Positions 9,354 to 18,820 of a stretch of DNA of 64,000 nt are shown in pieces. Within the stretch, counting starts at the first letter, position 1. Each line of letters opens with the position of its first letter. The stretch comes from Acidimicrobiia bacterium (GTDB lineage Bacteria > Actinomycetota > Acidimicrobiia > Spongiisociales > Spongiisociaceae), in assembly GCA_041576165.1 (NCBI GenBank), contig JBFGLM010000018.1:1-64000 (forward strand), written 5' to 3'. The notes beneath the pieces were generated by a model that had not been told where the DNA came from, searched no databases, and saw only the letters and a list, made by a program, of their open reading frames with translations. The position numbers and the translations under genes were made by a program.

Positions 9354-9374
9354 CCTGCGCCCGGGAAGGCCGGA

Positions 9375-10034
9375 TTACCCGAAGTCGAATTCGATCATTG
9401 CTTCCAGGAGCCGGCCGTTGAGCTGGCCCTGGACTTGGCGGGCCACGGTCCCGTTTCCGTTGATCAGATACGTCGTCGGCAACCCGACATGCGGGTAGGC
9501 CTGCGAGATCGCCCCTGACTCATCGATGCCCAATGGGTATGAAACCTGGATCTCCTCGGCGAACTCGCGGGCAGGCCCAACCGCGTCCTCGACCGCGATT
9601 CCAAGGAATTGCACCTCGGGATGTGCCCGAGCGACGTCATCGAATTCCGGCATCTCGGTGCGGCATGGGAAACACCAGGACGCCCAGAAGTTGAGCACGA
9701 TCGGCCGGCCATCCTTCGCAACGTGCTCGGCCAGATCGAACGTTGCCCCGTCGAACATCACGAGTCGAATAGTCGGTGCCGGCTCACCGGCCAGTGCCCC
9801 ACGAGGCATCTCCGCCGGGCTGATTCCCAACTCGGCGGAATCCGCTGGAGGCTCAGCAGCCGGTTCCTCAGGCCCCAACAAGACCGCGTTCAGCCCGAGG
9901 GCAACCACGACGGCGCCGGCCACGATGATCGCCAGCCGCCCGATGCGGCGGGAGAGCGGAGCGACGTCGGGTGGGCCGTCCGGGTCCACCGGCTCGGACG
10001 GGTCTGGTGGGGTGCTGTTGGTGCGATCGTCCAT
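9375..10034 (-). CDS. TlpA-family disulfide reductase
   Basis: TM anchor, LNFWASWCFPCRTEMP and GLPTT. Confidence 0.9.
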   Translation of the reverse strand: MDDRTNSTPPDPSEPVDPDGPPDVAPLSRRIGRLAIIVAGAVVVALGLNAVLLGPEEPAAEPPADSAELGISPAEMPRGALAGEPAPTIRLVMFDGATFDLAEHVAKDGRPIVLNFWASWCFPCRTEMPEFDDVARAHPEVQFLGIAVEDAVGPAREFAEEIQVSYPLGIDESGAISQAYPHVGLPTTYLINGNGTVARQVQGQLNGRLLEAMIEFDFG

Positions 10035-10083
10035 GACTTGCGCGGAATAGGCTACTGCTGGACCCAGACTGTGCGAGGGAGGT

Positions 10084-10671
10084 ATGGCGACCAGCGAAGC
10101 CACCCACGATTCGACCCGGATACCTCCCGGGCAATATTTCACCGAGAGATTCCCAGTACTGCACGCCGGAGTCACACCCAGCATCGATCTCGACGCTTGG
10201 AGCTTGCAGATCGACGGGCTCGTATCGACCCCGGTCACGTATTCCTACGACGCCATTCGGGCGATGCCGGTCACGTCTTTGACCGCGGACATCCACTGCG
10301 TGACGAAGTGGACCAAACTCGACACCGTTTGGGAAGGCGTTGCAGTCCGGGAGCTGGTGGCGGAGGCGGGCGTGGACTCTGATGCGTCGCATGTGCTGGT
10401 GTCGGCGGAACATGGCTTTACGGCCAACCTGCCGGTGCATGATTTCATGCACGAGGAGAATTTGTTTGCCTACCGCTTCGGGGGCGAACAGTTGGAGCTG
10501 GAGCACGGATGGCCGTTGCGCCTCGTCGTGCCGCATCTCTACTTTTGGAAGTCGGTCAAGTGGGTGAGGGGTGTGACCTTCATGCATCACGACGAGCCCG
10601 GCTTCTGGGAGCGCAACGGGTACCACATGTACGGTGACCCATGGAGGGAGCAGCGATACTGGGGCGACTGA
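10084..10671 (+). CDS. Sulfite oxidase-like molybdopterin oxidoreductase
   Basis: IPPGQ, DIHCVTKW, EHGWPLRLVVPHLYFWKSVKW and GFWERNGYH. Confidence 0.92.
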   Translation: MATSEATHDSTRIPPGQYFTERFPVLHAGVTPSIDLDAWSLQIDGLVSTPVTYSYDAIRAMPVTSLTADIHCVTKWTKLDTVWEGVAVRELVAEAGVDSDASHVLVSAEHGFTANLPVHDFMHEENLFAYRFGGEQLELEHGWPLRLVVPHLYFWKSVKWVRGVTFMHHDEPGFWERNGYHMYGDPWREQRYWGD

Positions 10672-10687
10672 TGCCCGGTCGACCGGC

Positions 10688-11803
10688 TCAAGCGTCGTCG
10701 AACTGCTCCCGCACGATCCCGGCGATCATCGCGCGATGATCGTTGCTCAGGACTGACCCCGACGGTAGGCACAAGCCGTGATCGAACAGGCGGTCGCTCA
10801 CCCCGCCGCCGATCATCGCGCAGTCGGCAAAGAACGGTTGTAGGTGCATGGGCTTCCACACCGGGCGCGCCTCGATGTTGTGCCCCTCCAGCGCCGTTCG
10901 GATCGTTTCGCGATCCACTCCTGCAACAGCGGGATCGATCGTGAGGGTGGTGAGCCAGAACGAGGAGCGCCCCCCAGGGATCTCTGGCATGAACTCCACC
11001 CCCGGCAGCCCGGAAAGCGCCGCGCGGTAGAACCGGTTGTGGTCGCGGCGTCGCTCGACCCGCCGCTCGAGATCGGCCAGCTGGGAACGGCCAAAAGCCG
11101 CCAGCAGATTCGACAGCCGGTAGTTGAACCCGAGCTCGGAGTGCTGATAGTGGGGGGCCTGATCGCGGGCCTGGGTGGCCATATGCAACGTCCGGGCTGC
11201 CCAGTCGCCATCGTCGGTCACGAGCGCCCCGCCGCCGCTGGTGGTGATGATCTTGTTGCCGTTGAACGACAGCGCAGCCGCGTGCCCGAAACTGCCACCC
11301 GGCCGGCCGTCCAGTGTGGCGCCCAGAGCTTCGGCCGCGTCCTCGATGACGGTGACGCCGTGGGTTTCGCATACGGGCTCGATGCGACGGTAATCAGCGC
11401 ATTGACCGTAGAGGTCCACGGGGATCACCGCTTTCACGGCATGGCTCGCCAGCGCCTCGGAGAGCAAATCCGGATCCATGTTCCAGCTGGAGGGCTCCGA
11501 GTCGACGAACACCGGCTCGGCCCCCGTGTAGACCACGGCGTTCGCAGTGGCCGAGAAGGTGAGCGACTGGACCAGCACCTTGTCGCCGCTCCCCACTCCG
11601 GCGTTGCGGAGCGCCAGGTGGAGGGCGGCCGTGCCGGACGACAGCGCAACAGAATGCGCCCGTCCGGTCGCCGCCGCGAGTTCGGCTTCCAGGCCCTGGA
11701 TCTCGGGGCCGAGCGGCGCGATCCAGCCGCTGTCGAAGGCGCGGAGGAGCGCTTCCCGGTCGGCCGAGCCCACATCAGGCGGCGACAGATAGATGCGCTC
11801 CAT
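10688..11803 (-). CDS. DegT/DnrJ/EryC1/StrS aminotransferase
   Basis: SSGTAALHL, EDAAEALG, SFNGNKIITTSGGG (PLP Lys) and LCLPSG. Confidence 0.92.
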   Translation of the reverse strand: MERIYLSPPDVGSADREALLRAFDSGWIAPLGPEIQGLEAELAAATGRAHSVALSSGTAALHLALRNAGVGSGDKVLVQSLTFSATANAVVYTGAEPVFVDSEPSSWNMDPDLLSEALASHAVKAVIPVDLYGQCADYRRIEPVCETHGVTVIEDAAEALGATLDGRPGGSFGHAAALSFNGNKIITTSGGGALVTDDGDWAARTLHMATQARDQAPHYQHSELGFNYRLSNLLAAFGRSQLADLERRVERRRDHNRFYRAALSGLPGVEFMPEIPGGRSSFWLTTLTIDPAVAGVDRETIRTALEGHNIEARPVWKPMHLQPFFADCAMIGGGVSDRLFDHGLCLPSGSVLSNDHRAMIAGIVREQFDDA

Positions 11804-11922
11804 GGCGGCACGGTACCGCCCGCCCTGCAGCTAGTTGCGAATCGGTGCCCGGGCAACCGGACTGAGTTTGCCAGCACCCGCTCCAAAATCCTGCTACGGT
11901 CGGTTGCGTCGAAAGGAGACGA

Positions 11923-12507
11923 ATGGCGAGCAGAATTGCTCCTGTCGCTCCGGGAGAAAGCCCCGATCCGGAGGTCAACGAAATCCTCCAGGACGGGCGT
12001 GATGCGTGGTGGGCAGACGCAGCGATGTTCGGCGTTATCGGTCGGAATCCTGAGCAGCTCAAAGCGATCATCCCGGTGTTCGTTTCGTTCTTCGGCATGG
12101 GCAAGGTGGAGCCGCACATCCACGAGCTGATGCGGCTCAAGACGGGGCAGATCAACGACTGCGCTTACTGAATGACGGTACGCGTCACCGCCGTGCGCGG
12201 TGAAGTATCGGAAAGAGAAGAAGCGTGCAGCGCTCATCAGCCCCAGCCGGGTGGCGTGCTGAACGAACGGGAAGCGTTGGCCGTGTCATTTGCTGAGAGG
12301 ATCGCGCTCGACCCTCACACCGTGACCGACGACTTCTTTGCCAAGCTCAAGGAGGTCTTCACGGAAGAAGAGATCGTCGAGATGGCGTATGCCTGCGGCA
12401 TCTACAACTGGGGCAACAAGTTCAACATCACGATGCAGTTGGACGCCGAGCCCTGGAGCGAGTACGACATGGGCATGGAATACCGTCAGGAGGAATTGGC
12501 GTTGTGA
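11923..12507 (+). CDS. AhpD/carboxymuconolactone decarboxylase-like protein, probable selenoprotein (Sec at TGA 12169-12171)
   Basis: ORFs 11923-12171 and 12172-12507 are in frame. Joined they read ELMRLKTGQINDCAY-U-MTVR..LNEREALAVSFAE..FTEEEIVEM, one AhpD fold with CxxU. The internal ATG has no SD; a hairpin follows the TGA. Confidence 0.8.
12176..12210 (+). promoter_or_regulatory. Candidate bacterial SECIS element
   Basis: CGGTAC-gcg-TCACCGC-cgtgc-GCGGTGA-a-GTATCG: two-part stem, 5-nt G-containing loop starting about 21 nt after the UGA. Confidence 0.6.
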
Positions 12508-12824
12508 GCGCAATCGCCGAAGTCGACCAGCAGGGACTGGCCGAGGTGCTGCATTCAGAGGACCGGGCGGTACTGGTCGATTTCTGGTCGCAGTGGTGTG
12601 CGCCGTGCCTCCGACTGCGTCCCCATCTGGAGAAGCTGGCGGAGAACTACGCCGACCGCGTGCGGATGGTGGCGATTGACATCGAGCGGCATGAGGAAGC
12701 GAAGGGCGAGTACGACGTCATGTCGCTCCCCACGCTGCTGTTGATGAAGGGAGGGGAAACGATCCATCGCTTCGTTGGACCGACGCTTCCCGGAGCCGTG
12801 GAGGAGCAACTCCAGGCACTTTGA
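12504..12824 (+). CDS. Thioredoxin
   Basis: LVDFWSQWCAPC and SLPTL; GTGA overlap with the upstream gene. Confidence 0.92.
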   Translation: MSAIAEVDQQGLAEVLHSEDRAVLVDFWSQWCAPCLRLRPHLEKLAENYADRVRMVAIDIERHEEAKGEYDVMSLPTLLLMKGGETIHRFVGPTLPGAVEEQLQAL

Positions 12825-12837
12825 ACGACCCACGTCC

Positions 12838-12870
12838 CGAAACAGCCCGGCCGCACGCCGGGCTGTTTCG
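12838..12870 (+). terminator. Intrinsic terminator-like hairpin
   Basis: 14-bp perfect stem CGAAACAGCCCGGC/GCCGGGCTGTTTCG just after thioredoxin. Confidence 0.7.
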
Positions 12871-12910
12871 CGTTCAGGCGCCTCAACCAGACGCCGATAG
12901 CTAACGCACT

Positions 12911-14584
12911 GTGCAGGAGGAGATTCCGGCCGGGGCGCGGCTGCGGGAGCTCGGATCGAACACGCCGGTCACGGCGGTGGTTGGCGCCGGGCCGGCTGGT
13001 CTGCTCTTCTGCCTGGTGTCTCGGTTGCGCTGGATCGTCGATGGGCGCGATGTGGCCCAATGGCCCCTCTACCTGTTCGATAAGCGGGAGCGCTACGAGC
13101 GTTCCCACCGACTGCGGATCGACCCCGCGCCGTTCGCGGAGATCCAGCGCGGGCTCCGCCACCCACGATTCGACGAACTGATGCGGTTCCTCCACGAGCA
13201 CGGTTTCCGGCCCGAAGTGAACCGGCTGGAGGAGAAGTTGGCGTCACTGGTGCGACAAGTCGGAATCGAGCGGGAAATCACCGCCGTCGGCGCCGGCCCC
13301 GGGGAGGCAGATCTGGCGACGTTGCGCTCGAGACTCGAAGCGGCCGGACGTCTCCACCGCAATGGGCACCTGTCGATCGTTGCGGCCGACTCCGTTCACA
13401 GCGCGACGAGGGAGCTGGCTCGAGGAGCGGATCCAGCCGTTGAGCGGTTGCACCACGTGGTCGCGCGGCTGCAGATCGCCGGCCCCGGCCTGCCGGAGCA
13501 TCTGACGTACGTCGAACGATTCAAGCTCGCCAAGGTGCTGGGCTCGGCGCTCGATTATCGGGTCAACTCCAACGGCTACGCCGAAGTGGATCTATTCCTC
13601 ACGCCTGCAGAGCACGTGCACGTCGAGGAGCTAGGAGCCACACCGCGCAGGCCGGTGCACGTCACTGCGGATTCGGTCCCGGCCGCTCCGTTCTTCTCGG
13701 CGATCGTACGGAGCTTCGAAGCGGGTTTCGGAGCTGGCCACTGCGAGGTGTCCGTTCACAGCACTTTCCGGCTCGAACATCGCTATCAGTCGCGGGCGGC
13801 ATTCGATCTGCACGACCTGAATGTCTCGGTGTTCCTGGTGGGCGATGCTGCCATATCGCTTCCGTTCTTTCGGGGAATGGCCGCCCTGGCGGCATCCGTC
13901 GACGCCCTCGTCGACGCTCAGACGCAGTGGGCGGCCGCCACGCTGACGGGCGAGCGCCGGTTCGCGGGACCCGCCTATCAGGCCCGGATGGTCGAGATCC
14001 GGGAAAGGGAAATACGCACGGTCGAGGCCCGGTCCGAGCTGCTGAACATCGCCCGGGAGTTCGTCCGGCTCAGCTCACAGGTGCCATTCCCGATTCAGCA
14101 ATGGTTCCTGTCCAACGACCGGCCGCCGGTGCGCGGCGGCCGGTTCACCGGAGGGGTCGCCGCCAATCTCTTGTTCGCAATCGCCGCGCTGGTCGTTGCG
14201 CTGGGTGCCCCGCTGGCCGGCGGCCTGATCTGGCCACCGCTGGGATGGTTGTGGCTATTGGCCATGCCGCTCCAGCTGCTCGGGGGCGGCATGTACCAGG
14301 CCACCCAGTCGCACGAACCGAGTGACAACCCATTGCTGGCCGCCGTGTGGCGAATCCAGATCGCAGCGCTGCTGATCGGCGGCGTGCCCATCACCCTGCT
14401 CAGCAGCTGGGTGCAGGGCCGGCCCGCCCAGCTGTTCGGACTGTTCGGCTGGCTGCTGCTCGGCGGCGCTTTCGCCGCCGGCATGCGCACGTATGAGCGG
14501 ATCGAGCACCGCCGCTGGGTGAGCGGCGGACTCGACACCTCGGCACCGGGTCCGGCGCCGCCCGGCTTGCGACGCTCGGGGTAG
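12911..14584 (+). CDS. FAD-dependent oxidoreductase-like protein with C-terminal membrane domain
   Basis: VVGAGPAG, AADSVHS and LVGDAA flavoprotein motifs; about four TM helices at the C-terminus; start uncertain. Confidence 0.65.
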   Translation: MQEEIPAGARLRELGSNTPVTAVVGAGPAGLLFCLVSRLRWIVDGRDVAQWPLYLFDKRERYERSHRLRIDPAPFAEIQRGLRHPRFDELMRFLHEHGFRPEVNRLEEKLASLVRQVGIEREITAVGAGPGEADLATLRSRLEAAGRLHRNGHLSIVAADSVHSATRELARGADPAVERLHHVVARLQIAGPGLPEHLTYVERFKLAKVLGSALDYRVNSNGYAEVDLFLTPAEHVHVEELGATPRRPVHVTADSVPAAPFFSAIVRSFEAGFGAGHCEVSVHSTFRLEHRYQSRAAFDLHDLNVSVFLVGDAAISLPFFRGMAALAASVDALVDAQTQWAAATLTGERRFAGPAYQARMVEIREREIRTVEARSELLNIAREFVRLSSQVPFPIQQWFLSNDRPPVRGGRFTGGVAANLLFAIAALVVALGAPLAGGLIWPPLGWLWLLAMPLQLLGGGMYQATQSHEPSDNPLLAAVWRIQIAALLIGGVPITLLSSWVQGRPAQLFGLFGWLLLGGAFAAGMRTYERIEHRRWVSGGLDTSAPGPAPPGLRRSG

Positions 14585-14595
14585 TCTCGGTCCGG

Positions 14596-15492
14596 ATGAA
14601 GCATCCGCCGGTGCTGGTGGGCACCAAGAGCGGCTTTCACGCCATCGGGACCAGCGCCCCGCCAATCGAAGCTGCGATCGATCATGCAGTCTTGACAGCC
14701 GGCGGCGTCTGGTTCGTCGCCGACGCCCGCAGGCTTGAGTACTCCGGGAGCGCACGCGCGTCCGCCGAGCTGACCGAGGCCCGCGCCAATTGTCTGCTCG
14801 TGCTCGACGGGGGGCGCCGGGTGCTGATCGGAGCCGCCGACGCCGCGCTCTTCGAGCTGCGAGGATCGGACCTCGGGCGAGTGCGTACATTCGATGCTGC
14901 CCCCGGGCGCGACAGCTGGTATACGCCGTGGGGCGGTGCCCCCGACGTGCGCTCAATGGCCCAGGGGGTGGAGGGAAACATCTACGTCAACGTCCACGTC
15001 GGGGGTGTGGTGCGCTCCACCGACGACGGCTTGACCTGGACCGACACGATCGACATAGACGCAGATGTCCATCAGGTCGTCGACGATCCCACGCTGGCCG
15101 GTCGTGCGTACGCGGCCACTGCGTGGGGCCTGGCGGCGACCACGTCGGGCGGGGACCGATGGCACTTCATCGACACCGGGCTGCACGGCACATACTGTCG
15201 GGCTGTCGCCGTTTCGGAGACGTCCGTCTTCGTGTCCGCCTCGCTGGGGTCCGCCGGCCGTCAGGCCGCGCTGTACCGCATGGAGCACGATGCGGACAGC
15301 TTCGAACGGTGCACGGCCGGGCTGCCAGACTGGTTCAGCACGAACCTCGATACGTTCTGCCTCGCCGCTCGAGACAAGTTTGTGGTGGCGGCCGATCGTG
15401 CGGGTGTGGTGTACACGTCGGTTGACGACGGCCGGACCTGGTCGGTCGCCGCCACGGGTTTGGCCGAAATACGCTGTGTAGCGATCGGCTGA
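14596..15492 (+). CDS. BNR/Asp-box beta-propeller protein
   Basis: SxDxGxTW repeats (STDDGLTW, SVDDGRTW). Confidence 0.75.
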   Translation: MKHPPVLVGTKSGFHAIGTSAPPIEAAIDHAVLTAGGVWFVADARRLEYSGSARASAELTEARANCLLVLDGGRRVLIGAADAALFELRGSDLGRVRTFDAAPGRDSWYTPWGGAPDVRSMAQGVEGNIYVNVHVGGVVRSTDDGLTWTDTIDIDADVHQVVDDPTLAGRAYAATAWGLAATTSGGDRWHFIDTGLHGTYCRAVAVSETSVFVSASLGSAGRQAALYRMEHDADSFERCTAGLPDWFSTNLDTFCLAARDKFVVAADRAGVVYTSVDDGRTWSVAATGLAEIRCVAIG

Positions 15493-15541
15493 CCCGATCG
15501 AACGCGACCGAGGCGGGGTCCGCTCCGGGGAGGGACGCCGG

Positions 15542-16402
15542 ATGAATCGTGCCCGGGCAAGGTGGTGGCGAATGCTGGTGTGGCTGGCGAGCTTGACGGC
15601 GGTGCTGGTCGGCGGACTGTGGTTGCTCCAGCGACACCTGATCTACTTCCCGGCGCAAGCGGTTGCGCCGCTCTCCGAGGTGCTCCCGGCATGGTCCGAA
15701 GTGCGAGTCACCGCAGAAGACGGCATCACCCTCAACGGTTGGTACAGCCCACCGCTCGCCGACCAGCCGACCTTCGTTGTTTTCAACGGCAACGGCGGCA
15801 ACCGCCACGATCGGGCGCCGCTGGGGTCGGCGCTGGCGAACGAAGGCTGGGGGGTGCTGCTCTTCGACTACCGGGGCTATGGCGGCAACGACGGCCGTCC
15901 CAGTGAGGAGGGCCTTGCCCGGGATGCGCGCGCCGCGGCGGACCATGTAGAGCGCCTCGCCCCTCGCCAACCTGTCATCTACTACGGTGAATCGCTCGGA
16001 GCAGCCGTGGCGATCCGGCTCGCGACCGAGCAGCCCCCGGCCGCGTTGATTCTGCGATCTCCTTTCGCTTCGCTCAGTGAAGTGGCGGCCGTGCACTATC
16101 CACTCCTGCCGGCCCGTGTGCTCCTGCGTGATCGGTACGAGGCCGCCGACCGGATAGTGCGGCTGGACACGCCGGTCACGGTGATCGCCGGCACCCACGA
16201 TTCGATCGTCCCGATCGACCAGAGCCGGGAGATCTACGATCGGGCGCCCGGGCCTAAGCGGTGGGTGGCCATCGAAGGCGCTGATCACAACGACTTCGCA
16301 CTGCTGGCCGGTCCCGAGCTGCTGGACGCGATCCGCCAGACTGTGCGTGACGTCATGGAGGCAGACACCGCTGTTGGACCGGACGGCTCAGACGACGGGT
16401 GA
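15542..16402 (+). CDS. Membrane-anchored alpha/beta hydrolase
   Basis: QRHLIYFP, FNGNGG, DYRGYG, GESLG nucleophile, D in HDSIVP and H in GADHND. Confidence 0.9.
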   Translation: MNRARARWWRMLVWLASLTAVLVGGLWLLQRHLIYFPAQAVAPLSEVLPAWSEVRVTAEDGITLNGWYSPPLADQPTFVVFNGNGGNRHDRAPLGSALANEGWGVLLFDYRGYGGNDGRPSEEGLARDARAAADHVERLAPRQPVIYYGESLGAAVAIRLATEQPPAALILRSPFASLSEVAAVHYPLLPARVLLRDRYEAADRIVRLDTPVTVIAGTHDSIVPIDQSREIYDRAPGPKRWVAIEGADHNDFALLAGPELLDAIRQTVRDVMEADTAVGPDGSDDG

Positions 16403-17533
16403 GGGTCGAGGGGTGGCGAGCAGGCTCAGAGAGACGAAGACCAGCAACGCGGCTGCCAGGTAGGGCAGACCGATCGCCACCCCGAACAACCAACCACCCA
16501 CCAACGGGCCGAGCACCCGGGCGAGGCCTCCTGCCGACTGTTGCCAGCCCAGCAAGAGTCCCGTCTCGGTGGCCGCCTCTTCGGCGATGGCGGACGACAG
16601 CGTCGGCCCGACTAGGCCGTAACCGGTCCCTACCGCCACGAGCGCGGCGCCGAGAACCGGCCAGGGGGTGGCGAAGGACAGGACCACGAACCCGACGCCC
16701 ATCGCCAGCAAACCGGATCTGATCAGAGTCAGCTCGCCGTGTCGTCGGGCCAGAGGACCCACCAAGCCTGCCTGGACTCCGACCAGCAAAACGCCGGCGC
16801 CCGCAAACACCAGAGCCACCTCGGTATCGGAGAGCCCCGCCCTGATGCTGGCCAGGAGGGCGAACGTCGCCTCGAATGCGCTGAACCCGGTGATCACCAC
16901 AAACGTCAAGATGACGAGGCGCAACGCCAGCCCGGTGGGCTTTCCCGCGGCGGGTTCGTCAGCGCCGATGGCGGGCCGACGGCCGAGGGTTTCCGAAACT
17001 CGGAACCACGTTGCGACGAAATTCGCAACCGATAGCCCGGCTGCCACGTAGAACGGGGCGGATCGCCCGGCGAAGGATGCAATTGCCCCGATCGAGGGTC
17101 CCACCACGAACCCCACCCCGAACGCAGCGCCCAACATCCCCATCAACCGTGGGCGTTCTTGGTCGGGCGCTACATCCGCCACCGTCGCCCGGGCGACTGC
17201 GATGCTGGCACCCGAGGTGCCGTCGACGAAGCGCCCGAGGAAGAGAAGGGGGAGTGCGCCCGCCATGCCCGTGAGCAGGCTGCCGACGGCCGAACCGGCG
17301 ATGGTGACGAGCAGGACGGGTCGGCGCCCCCAACGGTCCGACACCCGGCCCCAGAGGGGGGAGAATACGAATTGGGCCAGTGAGTACGTCGCAAACAGCG
17401 CGCCGATCGCGGCCGGGCTGGCACCGAACTCGTCGGCGTAGAGAGGCAGTAGCGGAATCAGAATCCCGAACCCGATCAGGTCGATTGCAACCGTCGTCCA
17501 GACGGCCCAGAAGCCGATTGGTGTGCGGTTCAT
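16388..17533 (-). CDS. MFS transporter (TetA/DHA1-like)
   Basis: GRVSDRWGRRPVLL motif A and GFVVGPSIG; start overlaps the hemY stop. Confidence 0.9.
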   Translation of the reverse strand: MNRTPIGFWAVWTTVAIDLIGFGILIPLLPLYADEFGASPAAIGALFATYSLAQFVFSPLWGRVSDRWGRRPVLLVTIAGSAVGSLLTGMAGALPLLFLGRFVDGTSGASIAVARATVADVAPDQERPRLMGMLGAAFGVGFVVGPSIGAIASFAGRSAPFYVAAGLSVANFVATWFRVSETLGRRPAIGADEPAAGKPTGLALRLVILTFVVITGFSAFEATFALLASIRAGLSDTEVALVFAGAGVLLVGVQAGLVGPLARRHGELTLIRSGLLAMGVGFVVLSFATPWPVLGAALVAVGTGYGLVGPTLSSAIAEEAATETGLLLGWQQSAGGLARVLGPLVGGWLFGVAIGLPYLAAALLVFVSLSLLATPRPSPVV

Positions 17534-18813
17534 TCCGTGTTCCACTGCTCGCTGTGCCGGGCGATTCTGCCAGCATCGGCGGCCAACGAGCTGATACCAA
17601 TTCCTCGTTGGTGCCAGCCGCCGACCGCGATCCGGTCCGGCAGCGAGGTCGAGGCCACTCGCGCAATGTGTCCCGGCGGATACTGCGGGATCTGCCGCCG
17701 TATGACATGCTGGAATGTCGGCCGGATCGAAGCTCCCAGGAGCCGCCCGGTGTCGTCGATCGTGCGACCGAGGATGTCTCTGTCGGACCATGTGGCGATC
17801 GATCGCTCCCGCGCACCACCCACGATCACCTTGGCCAGCTGGTGACCTTCGGGGGCGCGGCCGGGTGCGTTCGACTCCACCAGCAAACCGAGGATTGGGG
17901 TACCGGCTTCAGCAGTGGTGAGCACTCCGAACGCGGCGGGAAGGTGCATGTCACCGGCCGGCCCTCCCAAGAACACGACTGCTACGTCGACAGTGGGCGT
18001 CTCGACGAGGGTCAGCGGACGACCCCCAACGGTCGGGGCTGAGGCCGGAGCCGTCGCCACGACCGCGCCGTCGGCCCGGTCGCCGTCGACCAGCACGTGA
18101 TCGCGTCGCAGCTCGATGTTCCGGACCGGAGCCTCGAGCTCGACGCCGCCGACGTAGGCCGCGAGATCTGTCGCGAATGATCGCATCCCGGCGGCGGGCG
18201 CGCACAGCGCCGGTTGCAGGCCGCCAGTCTGGCGCGCCACACGGCGTCGGGCCCACAACCCCCGCAGCAGCGAGCCGTGGGATGATTCCAGAGCGACGAG
18301 CGGACCGAACGCTGCGGCGTCGAGGCCAGCGGGGTCTCCTCCGAACACACCGGCAGCCGCCATGTCTGCCAGGATCGTTCCCGCCCCCCGTCCCAGGCGG
18401 CGCGTAAGGAACTCGGCTAGCGATTCGCCTGGGAAGGTCCGGGAGCGGATCAGCGGTTCCGCCAGCAATCGCAGCTTGTCGCCGGGATCCAGCAGCGAGC
18501 TGCGGGCGGCGGAGGCGGGTCCGCCCGGCAACTCGCGGTAGCCGTCCCCCTGGGAGATCAGCCGCCGCGCTCCGCCTGCCGGCTGCACCAGAGGGGTGCC
18601 GGCGGCCGCAACGAGCGGGCTCAGCGCCGGGTGCGGGAGGGCAAAGGAGCCGGCGGCGGGTTCGAGCAGGTAACCGTCGACGGTTTCGGTCTGGGCGACA
18701 CCTCCGACCCGCCTACCCGCTTCGAGCACCGCCGTGTCGAAGCCTCGGGCGCGGACTTCGGCAGCTGCCAGCAGCCCGGCTAGGCCGCCTCCGACGAAGA
18801 TGACCCGCATCAT
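17530..18813 (-). CDS. hemY: Protoporphyrinogen/coproporphyrinogen oxidase (HemY family)
   Basis: GGGLAGL, RVGGVAQT..GYLLE, GVFGGDP, FGVL and IPQY; inside the hem operon. Confidence 0.85.
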   Translation of the reverse strand: MMRVIFVGGGLAGLLAAAEVRARGFDTAVLEAGRRVGGVAQTETVDGYLLEPAAGSFALPHPALSPLVAAAGTPLVQPAGGARRLISQGDGYRELPGGPASAARSSLLDPGDKLRLLAEPLIRSRTFPGESLAEFLTRRLGRGAGTILADMAAAGVFGGDPAGLDAAAFGPLVALESSHGSLLRGLWARRRVARQTGGLQPALCAPAAGMRSFATDLAAYVGGVELEAPVRNIELRRDHVLVDGDRADGAVVATAPASAPTVGGRPLTLVETPTVDVAVVFLGGPAGDMHLPAAFGVLTTAEAGTPILGLLVESNAPGRAPEGHQLAKVIVGGARERSIATWSDRDILGRTIDDTGRLLGASIRPTFQHVIRRQIPQYPPGHIARVASTSLPDRIAVGGWHQRGIGISSLAADAGRIARHSEQWNTE

Positions 18814-18820
18814 CGCCTCC

